From the NCBI GenBank assembly GCA_963849325.1, contig CAWKHF010000009.1, positions 423,439 through 487,438 of the forward strand: a DNA stretch of 64,000 bases, in the 5' to 3' direction. Shown here in pieces: positions 49,731 to 59,391 of this stretch. A program made the position numbers and the translations under genes. The notes under the pieces are model-generated. The model was not told where the DNA came from. It ran no database searches and saw nothing but the letters and a program-made list of their open reading frames with translations. Source of the stretch: an uncultured Planctomycetota bacterium (GTDB taxonomy: Bacteria; Planctomycetota; Planctomycetia; Gemmatales; Gemmataceae). Each line of letters starts with the position of its first letter. The first letter of the stretch is position 1.

Positions 49731-50399
49731 ATGGGAGACGAAACTTCGACTTTGCCATCCGTGCCCGATCCGGTGGCCGGTCATATCGTCCTGACGCCGG
49801 ATACCTGCGGCGGCCGGCCTCGGCTCGCTGGCCGCCGCATCACCGTACAGAACATCGTGCTCTGGCACGAACGCGGCGGCCTCAGCCCCGACGAGATTGT
49901 ATCCAAACACCCTGGCCTGACACTGGCGGACGTCTACGCCGCCCTGGCTTACTATCACGATCACCGCGAGCAGATCAGCGCCCAGATCCGGACGGATGAG
50001 GCGTTCGCGGACCAGTTGCGCGCCCGGTCTCCCTCCCCTCTCCGGCAAAAACAGGGCGCCCTCATGCCCCGGACGATTCGCTTCCATCTTGACGAGCACG
50101 TCGATCCGGTCATCGCGGACGGCCTGCGTCGCCGCGGTGTCGATGTCACGACGACTTCCGATGTGGGCTTGATCGGCGCGACGGACCCGACTCAACTCGA
50201 CTACATTCGGGCCGAGCAACGGTTAATCTTCACCCAGGACGCGGACTTCCTTCGCCTCCACGCTGCCGGCGAGGCGCATTCCGGCATCGCCTACTGTCAT
50301 CAACAAAGCCGAAGCATCGGCGAGATTATCCACGGGCTCATCTTGATCTGGGAACTCCTCGATCCCGAGGACATGCGGGACCGAGTCGAGTTCCTCTAA
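49731..50399 (+). CDS. DUF433 antitoxin plus DUF5615 PIN-like toxin, in one frame here
   Basis: CGGRP..AG.RITV and LTLADVYAALAYY; second unit from ATG 50064 with FHLDEHV, T.D.DFL and HSGI. Confidence 0.8.
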   Translation: MGDETSTLPSVPDPVAGHIVLTPDTCGGRPRLAGRRITVQNIVLWHERGGLSPDEIVSKHPGLTLADVYAALAYYHDHREQISAQIRTDEAFADQLRARSPSPLRQKQGALMPRTIRFHLDEHVDPVIADGLRRRGVDVTTTSDVGLIGATDPTQLDYIRAEQRLIFTQDADFLRLHAAGEAHSGIAYCHQQSRSIGEIIHGLILIWELLDPEDMRDRVEFL

Positions 50400-50401
50400 G
50401 G

Positions 50402-51655
50402 TCAGGGAGTTATTTCAATACAAATCAACTCCGCCATGTCCCGAACGTACAGTCGGCCGCTGGACAGGGCCGGATGCGCCCACGTCTCCGGGCCGCTCAC
50501 CTTCGACCGTGCCAATTCGCGATAACCCTTGGGGTCCGGCTCCAGCAAGGCCAGTTCGCCGCCGTCGGTCAACAGCAGCAGCTTATCGTCGCCGGTGCGC
50601 ATCAGCGAGGCGTGATACTTGCCGACCTTCGCTTTCGTCCACAGCTTGTTGCCGGTCTTCATCTCGATGCAGTGCAGGTCGGCCGACGGCTTGGCGAACG
50701 GCGACGGCGTGGTGCCGGTCACGATATAGACGTGTTCCTTGCCGACCGCCACCGGCGTCGAGAAATACGACGTCAGATCCTTGTTCTTCCACGCCTCCTG
50801 GATGGCGGGCTTGCCGTCCCTGGTCTCCAGCCGCAGGCCGACGCTGCCGTAGGTGATCGAGCTGGCCAGCAGGAGGTCGCCGGCACGGATCGGCGTCGTC
50901 GAGCTTTCCAGCAGCTTGTCCACCAGCGGGAAACGCCACCAGACACTGCCGTCGGCCGGGTTGAGCGATGCCACACTCGCGCCGGTCAGGAACACCACTT
51001 GCCGGCCCGTGCCCTCGCCGAAGGCAATCGGCGACGAATAGCTGGCCGGGTCGTCCAGGCTCTTCCAGGCAACCTCGCCCTTGGCTCGATCGAAGGCGAC
51101 TATCGATGTTCCTTTGCCGCCGACGTTCACCAGGACGTGCTCGCCGGCGACCAGCGGCGAGCAGGCCATGCCGAAGAACAGGTTTTTGGCCTGGAACTGC
51201 CGCAGTGTGTCCACCTGCCAGACTTTTTCGCCCTTGTCCGCCTTCAGGCAGGTGAGGACGCCGGTGATGCCGAAGGCGTAGAGCCGGCCGCCCACGACGG
51301 CCGGCGTGGCACGCGGGCCGTTGCCGTACAGGCTTTTGAAGGCGGCGCGTTCGTAGGCGGTTCGCCACAACTCCTCACCGCTGCGGGCGTCGAAGGCGAC
51401 GATCTCCTCCTCGTTTTTGTCCTTGACCTTGGCGTGAAGAAAGACGCGGCCATCGGCGACGACGGGCGAGCTGTGGCCTTCGCCGGCCGGCTTGCGCCAC
51501 AGCACTTTCAGTCGGCCCTTCCACGGCGCCACCTTCTCCGTCGAGGAATTGTTGCGGCGCGGGCCGAGCCACTGCGGCCAGTCCTCGGCGAGCGCCGAGC
51601 CGGCGACGGTCACGCCAGCGAGCGCGGTCAACAGCAACGAACGCGGCCAAAGCAT
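50402..51655 (-). CDS. PQQ-like beta-propeller protein
   Basis: Signal peptide; DWPQWLGP.R, GHSSPVV, GPRATP, SYSSP and TWAHPA. Confidence 0.88.
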   Translation of the reverse strand: MLWPRSLLLTALAGVTVAGSALAEDWPQWLGPRRNNSSTEKVAPWKGRLKVLWRKPAGEGHSSPVVADGRVFLHAKVKDKNEEEIVAFDARSGEELWRTAYERAAFKSLYGNGPRATPAVVGGRLYAFGITGVLTCLKADKGEKVWQVDTLRQFQAKNLFFGMACSPLVAGEHVLVNVGGKGTSIVAFDRAKGEVAWKSLDDPASYSSPIAFGEGTGRQVVFLTGASVASLNPADGSVWWRFPLVDKLLESSTTPIRAGDLLLASSITYGSVGLRLETRDGKPAIQEAWKNKDLTSYFSTPVAVGKEHVYIVTGTTPSPFAKPSADLHCIEMKTGNKLWTKAKVGKYHASLMRTGDDKLLLLTDGGELALLEPDPKGYRELARSKVSGPETWAHPALSSGRLYVRDMAELICIEITP

Positions 51656-51972
51656 GGGAAGGATCTCCTTTCAATGCCGAGGCGAAGGGCCGGCCGTTCG
51701 CCGGGCCGTCGCCCATCTGTTATCATCGGGGATGGGTTCCCCCTGCCCGGTGTTGCTACCTATAGGGATGTCCGAATCCGGGTACAAGGACGGCTTGCGC
51801 ATCCCCTGCACGCGCCGCGGTCCCGACGCACCGGCGAACTGGCAGGGATTTCGCTTGACAGAAAATCGCCCTGAGCTTGAGATAGCGGTTTGGGCGCACC
51901 GGCACGCCCTGAGCACATAGTTCGGCGGCTTTGTCGTCCGATGTCCGGAGGCTAGCGAGGTCGGTATCTGTT

Positions 51973-52437
51973 ATGGGTACTCCTGATCGGCCAAAGATGT
52001 TCCGCACGTTGAGGGGCTTCCTCAATGGTGAAGAGCCGGACGAAACGAACTACTTTCGATTCAGCGCCACGCTGCGCATTTACGGCGATGACATTCCTTT
52101 TGAGGAGATCAGTCGGCGGCTGGGCGTACAGCCAACGCATCTCCATCGGAAGGGCGAGCATCGCGGCTCACGCTCGCCCGCATACCGTGATGATGCGTGG
52201 CACTTTGAGCCATCACTGCCTGAAACAGAGCCACTTGAGCGCCATATTGAGGCTCTCTGGCAAGTCGCGCGGCCTGTAGTTGACTATCTCAAGTCGCTCA
52301 AGGAACGCTTTAAGGTTGATGTTTTCTGCGGATACCGTTCCAATTGCGATACCGCAGGGTTCGAGGTCTCCCACAGATGTTTGGAGCTATTTATCGCACT
52401 GGAAGTTCCGTTTGGTGTGTCAGTAATCATTACGTGA
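51973..52437 (+). CDS. DUF4279-like protein
   Basis: ATLRIYG, EIS..LGV.PT...KGE and D.W; lower GC; start uncertain. Confidence 0.65.
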   Translation: MGTPDRPKMFRTLRGFLNGEEPDETNYFRFSATLRIYGDDIPFEEISRRLGVQPTHLHRKGEHRGSRSPAYRDDAWHFEPSLPETEPLERHIEALWQVARPVVDYLKSLKERFKVDVFCGYRSNCDTAGFEVSHRCLELFIALEVPFGVSVIIT

Positions 52438-52474
52438 ACGTCTGGTCTCTGGCTGATAGGTGCGCCGCCAAGGC

Positions 52475-52541
52475 AGCGAAAAGGTGTCAGGAACCTTTTA
52501 GATCATTGCAGAGCCAAAAAGGATCCTGACGCCTTTTCGCT
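52475..52541. repeat. REP-like palindrome (family B)
   Basis: AAAAGGTGTCAGGAACCTTTT / AAAAGGATCCTGACGCCTTTT. Confidence 0.8.
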
Positions 52542-52559
52542 CCCCGCAAAGGCCGACCG

Positions 52560-53399
52560 ATGCCCAGCCCTTTTCCAGGGATGGACCCGTATCTCGAAGC
52601 TCACTGGCGCGACATCCACGCTGGTCTCATCATCTACGCGCGTGACGCACTCCAGGGCGTCCTCCCCGGCTCCTTACGCGCCCGCGTCGAGGAAAGTGTT
52701 CTGCTGGAGACCCCCCAGGGACTCGGCGATCATCCGCTGTTCCCCGACGTGCGCGTGGTCGAGTACACGTCGAAGCGCGGACTGGAAACGCGATCCGAAG
52801 CGGGCGTGGCCGTGGCGGAGCCGCTCGTCGTCGATGTCGAGATAGAGCCTGCCACCGAAACCTTTCTCGAAATCATCGACCGGGAGAGCGGCAACCGCGT
52901 TGTCACCGTCATTGAGTTCCTCAGCCCCAGCAACAAATCTCCCGGCCCGAACCGGGAGCAGTACCTACGAAAGCAGCGCGACATCTGCTCCTCGGACGCC
53001 AACCTGGTCGAGATCGATCTGAACCGATTCGGCACCCACACGCTGGCCTTTCCGTTGGAGCACGTCAAGCCCGCAGGCCGCACGGGTTACATGGCCTGCG
53101 TCCGGCGGGCCACGCGACGCGGCCAGGCGGAGGTGTATCCGATGCCGCTGTGGAAACGGCTGCCGACCGTGAAGATCCCCCTGCGACCGGAGGACGCCGA
53201 CGTGCCGCTGGACTTGCAGTCTCTGGTCGAGCAGTGCTACCGTAATGGCGCCTACGAAGGCACGTTGGATTACACCGCCGACCCCGACCCGCCACTGTTG
53301 GGAGCGGAGAAGGATTGGGCCGAGGAATTTCTCCACGAGAAGGGGCTGCGGCCTCGGAAAAAGCCGCCGCGTCGCAAGGGAAAGCCGAAGTCGCGCTGA
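52560..53399 (+). CDS. DUF4058 family protein
   Basis: MPSPFPGMDPYLE, VTVIE.LSP.NK, Y..K, LVEIDL and LDLQ. Confidence 0.9.
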   Translation: MPSPFPGMDPYLEAHWRDIHAGLIIYARDALQGVLPGSLRARVEESVLLETPQGLGDHPLFPDVRVVEYTSKRGLETRSEAGVAVAEPLVVDVEIEPATETFLEIIDRESGNRVVTVIEFLSPSNKSPGPNREQYLRKQRDICSSDANLVEIDLNRFGTHTLAFPLEHVKPAGRTGYMACVRRATRRGQAEVYPMPLWKRLPTVKIPLRPEDADVPLDLQSLVEQCYRNGAYEGTLDYTADPDPPLLGAEKDWAEEFLHEKGLRPRKKPPRRKGKPKSR

Positions 53400-53414
53400 G
53401 GCGAGTGCAGGCAG

Positions 53415-53466
53415 GAAAAGGTGTCAGAAACCTTTTCAGACCGCAAAAGGTTCCTAACACCTTTTC
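53415..53466. repeat. REP-like palindrome (family B)
   Basis: GAAAAGGTGTCAGAAACCTTTT / AAAAGGTTCCTAACACCTTTTC. Confidence 0.8.
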
Positions 53467-53495
53467 GACCCCTCGCTGAGAGATAGGGTTCTCCC

Positions 53496-53783
53496 ATGAG
53501 CCTGGAGTTCGAGTGGGATGAGGACAAAGCCGCTTCCAACCAGAAAAAGCACCGAGTAGCCTTCGAGGATGCGGCCACGGTTTTTGCCGATCCGCTCGCT
53601 GCCATTTTCGATGATGAAGCCCACACGGAGGAGGAGCAACGCGAAATCATCATCGGCCATTCGGCCAACCATCAACTCCTGTTGGTCTGTTTTACCGAGC
53701 GAGCGGGAGCCGTTCGGATCATTAGTGCCCGCCGTGCCACGAAAAGGGAGCGTCGAGATTATGAAGAAAACCCGCACCACTAA
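53496..53783 (+). CDS. brnT: BrnT family toxin
   Basis: FEWDEDKA..N..KH.V.F, EE.R...IG and RIISAR.AT..E...Y. Confidence 0.9.
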   Translation: MSLEFEWDEDKAASNQKKHRVAFEDAATVFADPLAAIFDDEAHTEEEQREIIIGHSANHQLLLVCFTERAGAVRIISARRATKRERRDYEENPHH

Positions 53784-53994
53784 GCAATCGCCGGAACCCG
53801 AGAGAGACATGCTGCCGGAGTACCGCTTTGACTACAGCAAAGCGCGGCCGAACCGTTTCGCGGCTCATCTCAAGCCCGGCAGTCGTGCCGTGGTCCTCGA
53901 CCCGGATGTTGCCGCCGTTTTTTCGACCCCGGAGTCCGTCAATGCCATCCTCCGGGCCTTGATCGAAACCATGCCGCGGACAAGTTCGAGCTAG
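53761..53994 (+). CDS. BrnA-like antitoxin
   Basis: Overlaps brnT; MLPEY.FDYSKA..N and V.LDPDV...F...VN..LR. Confidence 0.8.
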   Translation: MKKTRTTKQSPEPERDMLPEYRFDYSKARPNRFAAHLKPGSRAVVLDPDVAAVFSTPESVNAILRALIETMPRTSSS

Positions 53995-54035
53995 CTGCGC
54001 GGTTCGTCCTTCAACTGTCGCACAACGTCACGTCC

Positions 54036-54353
54036 TCAATTTTTCGGCAATTCGAGGCGGCAGCATCCCAGATCGAGATGCTCGGCGTTCTCGTCCGCAG
54101 TCGATCCGTGAAAAACGTCCGGGTGCAGACGATAGACGACGAAGCGGCCCTGCTTCTCGTCCTGCACTAGACCGGCGTGGCGCAGGACGCCGAGATGGTG
54201 CGAGACATTAACGATCTCGGCGTCGAGCAGGGCCGCCAATTCACTGACGTTGCGGCCGCCGCCGCGCAGGCAGTGAATGATCCGCAGGCGCTCCGGGTCG
54301 GCCAGGGCGCGAAGGGTACGGGCGCAGCGGTCGGGTTGCAAAGACTCGCTCAT
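54036..54353 (-). CDS. ArsR family regulator with C-terminal Cys-Cys
   Basis: LRALADPERL.I, VSHHL.VLR.AGLV, GRFV.Y and DLGCCRLE. Confidence 0.88.
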   Translation of the reverse strand: MSESLQPDRCARTLRALADPERLRIIHCLRGGGRNVSELAALLDAEIVNVSHHLGVLRHAGLVQDEKQGRFVVYRLHPDVFHGSTADENAEHLDLGCCRLELPKN

Positions 54354-54466
54354 GACACGTTTCCGTTCTCTTCCGGACTCGGAAGAAGGGCGTCCCGACA
54401 GGTCTCACGTTCCCAGCATACCCCATCGGCCGGTCCTGCTCCAACGTGTCTTTGTCCCTCTTCTCC

Positions 54467-54917
54467 CTAGGGGTTTTGTTGCGGCAGCATTTGCTCGCGT
54501 GTCTGACCGGCGCCGCGATGATCGATGTCCTCGTCGAGCGTGTAGATCTCCCACAGCGTCTGGTCCGGGTCGTGGACCCAGAACTTCGTTTGCCGGGCGT
54601 AGCAGCACTCGACGCCTTCCTGACGCTGCGTGTGAATGCCGGCCTGTTCGAGACGCCTTTGCACGATGACCAGGGCAGCGGAGTCGGGCATGCGGAAACC
54701 GAGGTGATTGAGCGCCTCCGCCCTCGCCGCGAGGCGACGGCTCCAACGACAGCACCAGCGGCGGATCGTCCAGTTCGAACTTGGCGTAATCGGGCCGGCA
54801 CTTGGCCGGATCGCGGCCAAACAGGATGCGGTAGAAGGCGATCGACCGCTCCAGGTTGGCTATGTTGAGCGACAGATGGAAGCGAATGGCGGGGGCCATC
54901 GGCAATGCAGTGACCAT
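54467..54917 (-). CDS. ArsI/CadI family VOC metalloenzyme, frameshifted near 54722
   Basis: RFHLSLN...L.RSI.FY..LFG and DYAKF...PPL; then LNHLG, ECCYARQ.KFWV.DPD and WEIY. Confidence 0.85.
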
Positions 54918-54946
54918 CGGCGTCTCCCAGGGCGAGGTCCAATCGA

Positions 54947-55732
54947 TCAGCGGAAATACAGGTTGTTCTTGCCGTGTTCGCCGTACTTGACGCGCAGCCA
55001 GCGATGGAACTCTTCGTAGTGCCGCTCGCGCTGCGGGCCGCCGTCGGAGCGCTTGTTATAGCTCAAATACAATTGGCGTCGCCAGCGTTCGGAGCGATTC
55101 GGGGCCGAGCGGTGCGGCGTGAAGCCGCCGAAGATGGCCACATCTCCGGGGTCCAGTTCCAGATTGACGCCGCGCGTCTCATCGATCAGCGTCAGAGACA
55201 ACTCATGATACTGGCCATCCTCCGGCGCGAGGGGACCGTGCTGGTGGTAGCCGGGGAAGACTTGCGTGCAGCCGTTGTTGGCGTCGGCGCCATCCAAGGG
55301 CACCAGCACCGTCAGGAAGCTGCGCGGAAAGCCCGGCCAGGCGATCCAGTCCTGATGCAATCCGTAGCCGTTCACGCCCGGCGGCTTGAAGATCAGCTTG
55401 TCCTTGAACAGACAGGCTTCGTCGCCATACAGGGCCGCCAGTACCGCCAGTAGGCGAGCATCGTGGGCGATCCGCGCGCACACCGGCGCGAGATCGAGGA
55501 CAGGGTCGAACGTCTCGAACTCGCGGACGCCGGTGTGGATGTTGGTCTGCCAGCGGCAGCGCAGGTTATCGATGGCGATGAGATCGTGTCGTCGCCAAAG
55601 GGCGTCAGCTTCGCTCGCGGCCTCCGCCATCAATTGGGATGGGAAGAAATCGCGGAGGATGAGGTAGCCTTGCTCGTGGTAGAAGTCGCGCTGTTCGCTC
55701 GGGAGAGCGGCTCGGTCCAGGGTTTGCGACAT
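54947..55732 (-). CDS. Phytanoyl-CoA dioxygenase (PhyH) family Fe/2OG enzyme
   Basis: GYL.L, KDKL.FKPPG, HQD, NGC..V.PG.H and H.S.PN.S...RR. Confidence 0.88.
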   Translation of the reverse strand: MSQTLDRAALPSEQRDFYHEQGYLILRDFFPSQLMAEAASEADALWRRHDLIAIDNLRCRWQTNIHTGVREFETFDPVLDLAPVCARIAHDARLLAVLAALYGDEACLFKDKLIFKPPGVNGYGLHQDWIAWPGFPRSFLTVLVPLDGADANNGCTQVFPGYHQHGPLAPEDGQYHELSLTLIDETRGVNLELDPGDVAIFGGFTPHRSAPNRSERWRRQLYLSYNKRSDGGPQRERHYEEFHRWLRVKYGEHGKNNLYFR

Positions 55733-55742
55733 GCGTTGCTCC

Positions 55743-57047
55743 TTAGATTTTCGTGGACGCGCGTTCGCCCGGCAGACCGGTCAGCCAGGCGGTCAACGCC
55801 AGGGCGAGGGAAACGGCGGCCAGGTAAGGGAACAGCGGCAAATAGGAACCCAGGCGGGCCTTGGCGCTGCCGAACAGCGGCGGGCCGAGGGCGGAGAACA
55901 GGACGGTAAGCATCTGAGCCGCACCCTGTATTTTGCCGAGATGGGCCGGGCCGAAACCGGCGCGCCAGACGGCGAAGAAACAGACGGTGATGATGCCGCC
56001 GGCCGCCGCCATGACCGCCGCGTACAGGTAGACCTGTCCTTCCGCGCGGACGGAGGGCAGTGCCCCGAGAGCCGCGGCGAGGGCGGCCATCGCCAGGGCG
56101 AGCATTCGGCTCAGCGACCAGCGCGTCGCCAGCCAGCCGCCCAGCAGATTGCTCGCCAGGCCGACCGGGATGCCCAGGAGCGTGACGTTGACGAAGATCC
56201 GCTTGGTGTCGTCGGGAAAGAGCGTGCTCAGGATGCCCTCGTTGAACAGCGAGGTGCCGGCCGCGACCATGCCGTAAAACGAGACGGCCACGCCGAACGT
56301 CCAGAACGCCGGGCTGCGCAGCGCCTGGGCCAGCGTCCGACTCGTTTCGGCCGAGCCGTTCGCCAACGCTGTCTTGTCGGGAGTTTCCGCCGCCAGAAGT
56401 CGATTGCGCACCAGCACGGCGGGGATCAAGGCGGCGATGAGGACCGCCACGCCGATGCCGGCCCAGGCCGGTCGCCATTCGTCAGGGTGTTGCTTCGCCA
56501 CGTTGCCAAGAACCGAGAACGCCCCGAGAAATCCGGCCGAGACGAGCAGGGAATAAACGCCCATCGCCCAGCCTCCGCGACGCGAGGCGCTGCGGCCGAT
56601 GAGCGATAGACTGGCGACCGATAGGGCGCTCTGTCCCAGTCCGCGCGTCAGCAAAACCATCACAAACAGGTCCACGAGCAGGACCGTCGAGAATGTCCCC
56701 CGGGGCGTCGGGAAACTGCCGCGCCAGACCCAGTCGCCGCGCACCTGGCTCATGGTCAGGACGACGGTCCCCAGCGCGGCCATCACGCCGGTCAGGACGC
56801 GGCGCGTTCCCAGTCGATCGATCAGCCAACCGCACGGCAGACAGAACAACGCACCCAGCAGGGTAGCCCCCATATTGAGTAAGCCGTAACTCTCGGTGTC
56901 CAGTCCGAGGGACTTGCGGATCGGCTCGGTGAACAGGCCAAGCCCGTGGGTGCGTCCGGGCAGCGTGGCCACCATCGCCAGGGCGGCCACGCCGACGTGG
57001 ACCCAGCGCCAGGCCGGCAGCGGATCGGATTCGCGGGTATGGCTCAT
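55743..57047 (-). CDS. MFS transporter
   Basis: Multi-TM; TLPGRT.G, G.LIDRLG.R and FG..HLGKIQG. Confidence 0.85.
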   Translation of the reverse strand: MSHTRESDPLPAWRWVHVGVAALAMVATLPGRTHGLGLFTEPIRKSLGLDTESYGLLNMGATLLGALFCLPCGWLIDRLGTRRVLTGVMAALGTVVLTMSQVRGDWVWRGSFPTPRGTFSTVLLVDLFVMVLLTRGLGQSALSVASLSLIGRSASRRGGWAMGVYSLLVSAGFLGAFSVLGNVAKQHPDEWRPAWAGIGVAVLIAALIPAVLVRNRLLAAETPDKTALANGSAETSRTLAQALRSPAFWTFGVAVSFYGMVAAGTSLFNEGILSTLFPDDTKRIFVNVTLLGIPVGLASNLLGGWLATRWSLSRMLALAMAALAAALGALPSVRAEGQVYLYAAVMAAAGGIITVCFFAVWRAGFGPAHLGKIQGAAQMLTVLFSALGPPLFGSAKARLGSYLPLFPYLAAVSLALALTAWLTGLPGERASTKI

Positions 57048-57090
57048 GGCTGTTCGCCAAGGGGTTGCGTTGGGAGTCGGTAAACTCGGG

Positions 57091-57573
57091 CTAGGGGAGT
57101 TTGAGTTCGATCGGCGGCACGTTGTTGTCTTTCTTCCTCTCGACGGAGTACCTCATTTGGGACGTTCGAGGGTCGGAATATCGGCCTTGGAGCCTGTCGC
57201 CGGTCTGTTTGGGTCGGTAGGGTGGTGGCGGCCGGGGCGGCACCCATTCAATGGTGATCGCGTAATCGCCGACCGGGGCGCCGTCACCCTTGACGTAGGT
57301 GGTCAAGACAAATTTACCGTCTTCGCCGACGTGAGCCGTGGGCCGAGGCACATCACCGGAAGCAGGGACGGCCGGGTGAAAGACGACGACCGCCCCGGCC
57401 GCCGGTGTTCGGTCCTTACCTTGTGTGACGAAGATCTCGCCATGCACCGGATAGCACGGCGGGCGGTCGCTCCCGCACGAAGGAACACAGAGGACCAGGA
57501 TTGCCGGGACCACGGTTCGCCGAAAAATGGGGGCGTGAGTCGGTGGGATCATCGCTAGCCCTTCGTTCCCCAT
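57091..57573 (-). CDS. Planctomycete lipoprotein, usual DUF1559 partner
   Basis: PSCG, YPV.G, A.VVFHP, DG.F.LTTY..GDGAP.G.Y and DRL.GRY. Confidence 0.8.
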   Translation of the reverse strand: MGNEGLAMIPPTHAPIFRRTVVPAILVLCVPSCGSDRPPCYPVHGEIFVTQGKDRTPAAGAVVVFHPAVPASGDVPRPTAHVGEDGKFVLTTYVKGDGAPVGDYAITIEWVPPRPPPPYRPKQTGDRLQGRYSDPRTSQMRYSVERKKDNNVPPIELKLP

Positions 57574-57589
57574 CGTTTCGCCCGCTCGG

Positions 57590-58681
57590 TTAATAATTGT
57601 CGGCCGTCGTCTCATTGCCCTGCATCGTTGCCAGGGCGATCAAGATGTTTGCCGCCGTGCTCTGCGTCAAAAAATGAACCGAACCGTCGGCGAACGCGGC
57701 GTTGCAACCGCCGGCGTGGAAGGAATACATGCCGAAGTTGTTCGAGCAATTCATCAGGCACGGCCCGTTCGGGCCGCTGCTGCCGTCCGCGCTGGAACCC
57801 CACAGCGCGTCGGCTCCGTTCGCCGGATCGCCCCAACCGCCGAGTCCACCGTACAGAAGAGGTCCGCTGGTGGGACTGGGATAGGGAGCTTGCGGCGCAC
57901 CCAGCAAGGTCTGGCCCGTATCTTTCAATCCGGCGTTGTACAGCTCCATTTTGCCGGCGAATTCCGTGAGCAAAAGCGTGCTGGACGTGCCGTCGGTGAT
58001 CAACGTCACCGCCGTGGACGAGTCCGGTTGGAAGACGCCGTTGAGGTTGGATGGAGGAGGGAACGAACCCGAGTTGTAGCCCGGATAGAGAGCGCCCAGG
58101 CCCAGATAGGCAATTTCGCCAGGGTCCACGTTGAGAATGTTGGAGTAGTCGCCATTGGCGCACGGGTACGGCCCGACCGAACTATAACCGGGATAGCCCC
58201 AGGTGACCACATAGGGATTGGGTCGGGGAGGCGCCGCCGGGCAGAGAAAGGTTTTTACCATCGTGCTGACGATCGAGGAGTTGACGTTCGAGCCGGTGAT
58301 GCCCGCGTTGCCGGAGGAACTCGCCGGCCAATAGCCTTTGGTGAAATCGTATTGGTTGTAAAGGGCGGATTGTTCCAGGTACGGCAAAACGAAGGTGCCC
58401 CAGTTGACCGGCACCGCCGACGGGTTGTAATAACCCGTCAGCGCCGGCGGAAAACCGCGATGGACACCCTCATAATTCATGCATGCCAAGGCCAGCTGCT
58501 TCAAGTTGTTCTGGCACTGGCTTCGGGCGGCGGCGGCACGCACCTTCTGCACGGCCGGCAGCAACAGGCCGAGCAGGATGGCAATGATGGCGATCACCAC
58601 CAACAGTTCGATGAGCGTGAAGGCGGGGACGTCGGGCGCGCACCAGAAGACGCGACGGGAAAGACGGTGGGGAGACGTCAT
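57590..58681 (-). CDS. DUF1559 prepilin-type protein
   Basis: [45 protein letters not shown] and H.GGCN..FADGSV.F. Confidence 0.93.
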   Translation of the reverse strand: MTSPHRLSRRVFWCAPDVPAFTLIELLVVIAIIAILLGLLLPAVQKVRAAAARSQCQNNLKQLALACMNYEGVHRGFPPALTGYYNPSAVPVNWGTFVLPYLEQSALYNQYDFTKGYWPASSSGNAGITGSNVNSSIVSTMVKTFLCPAAPPRPNPYVVTWGYPGYSSVGPYPCANGDYSNILNVDPGEIAYLGLGALYPGYNSGSFPPPSNLNGVFQPDSSTAVTLITDGTSSTLLLTEFAGKMELYNAGLKDTGQTLLGAPQAPYPSPTSGPLLYGGLGGWGDPANGADALWGSSADGSSGPNGPCLMNCSNNFGMYSFHAGGCNAAFADGSVHFLTQSTAANILIALATMQGNETTADNY

Positions 58682-59357
58682 GGGATGTCCTTTGGGGTCG
58701 GCGGGTTCCCATACACTGACAATCAAACGATTATCAGAATGACAATGTAGAAGGGCATCCTGTAGGCGGCAACCTTTTTCCGATCCGGCGGTCCTGCCGC
58801 AACGACTCCACTACCGGCAACCCGCAATGCCTTCGACCGCCTTGCATCGCGTCGGCGGACGTGATAAAGTCGCTCTGTGCGGCCGGCGACGGCCGTACAA
58901 AACCTCTGCGGTGTTCGTGAAACGGCGATCCTTTTGACGAACCGATGGAGTACCCGCTGGGAGCCAATAGCGAGGTCGGGGCTTGCAAGCCCACCCTGGT
59001 AGTGGGATCCAAAAACCGGCCCTGAGGCGCCCCCTGGTCAATGCGGGTTCTCAAAAGCGCCGACACGGCACAGGCGGAGGTTTTTCCGCGCCGCCCTCCG
59101 AGACTTTCACCGCGCCGCGAACTTTTTTTCCGAAGCGGCCTCGTCCGTTCGCGTCGGACTCCGAAACGCGAATTTGCCCCAAGTCGGTCAATGTGAAAAA
59201 GTTGTGAGACAAGCAAAAGATTTACATATTTAAGCATTATAATCTATTCCTGCGACTGTCCCGATCGAGTTCCCCGAGAGAGACGCCGTTGTCCATTGGC
59301 AGATAATGGCTTCCGCGCAGGCGTGCCGGACGAGAGCAAGATGTCAGGTTTTTAAGA

Positions 59358-59385
59358 TTGACTTGAGGACGAAAGTGATTATTCT
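59358..59385 (+). promoter_or_regulatory. Sigma70-type promoter
   Basis: TTGACT-16 nt-TATTCT. Confidence 0.5.
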
Positions 59386-59391
59386 TGGCCT

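Noticed and set aside
51880-51930. attC-like half site (CCTGAGCACATAGTTCGGC) before the DUF4279 gene
   Set aside because: I could not identify a matching complementary half, a cassette array or an integron integrase.
58690-59300. Cobalamin or c-di-GMP riboswitch in the long DUF1559 leader
   Set aside because: Only scattered short matches; the ordered conserved boxes were not found on either strand.
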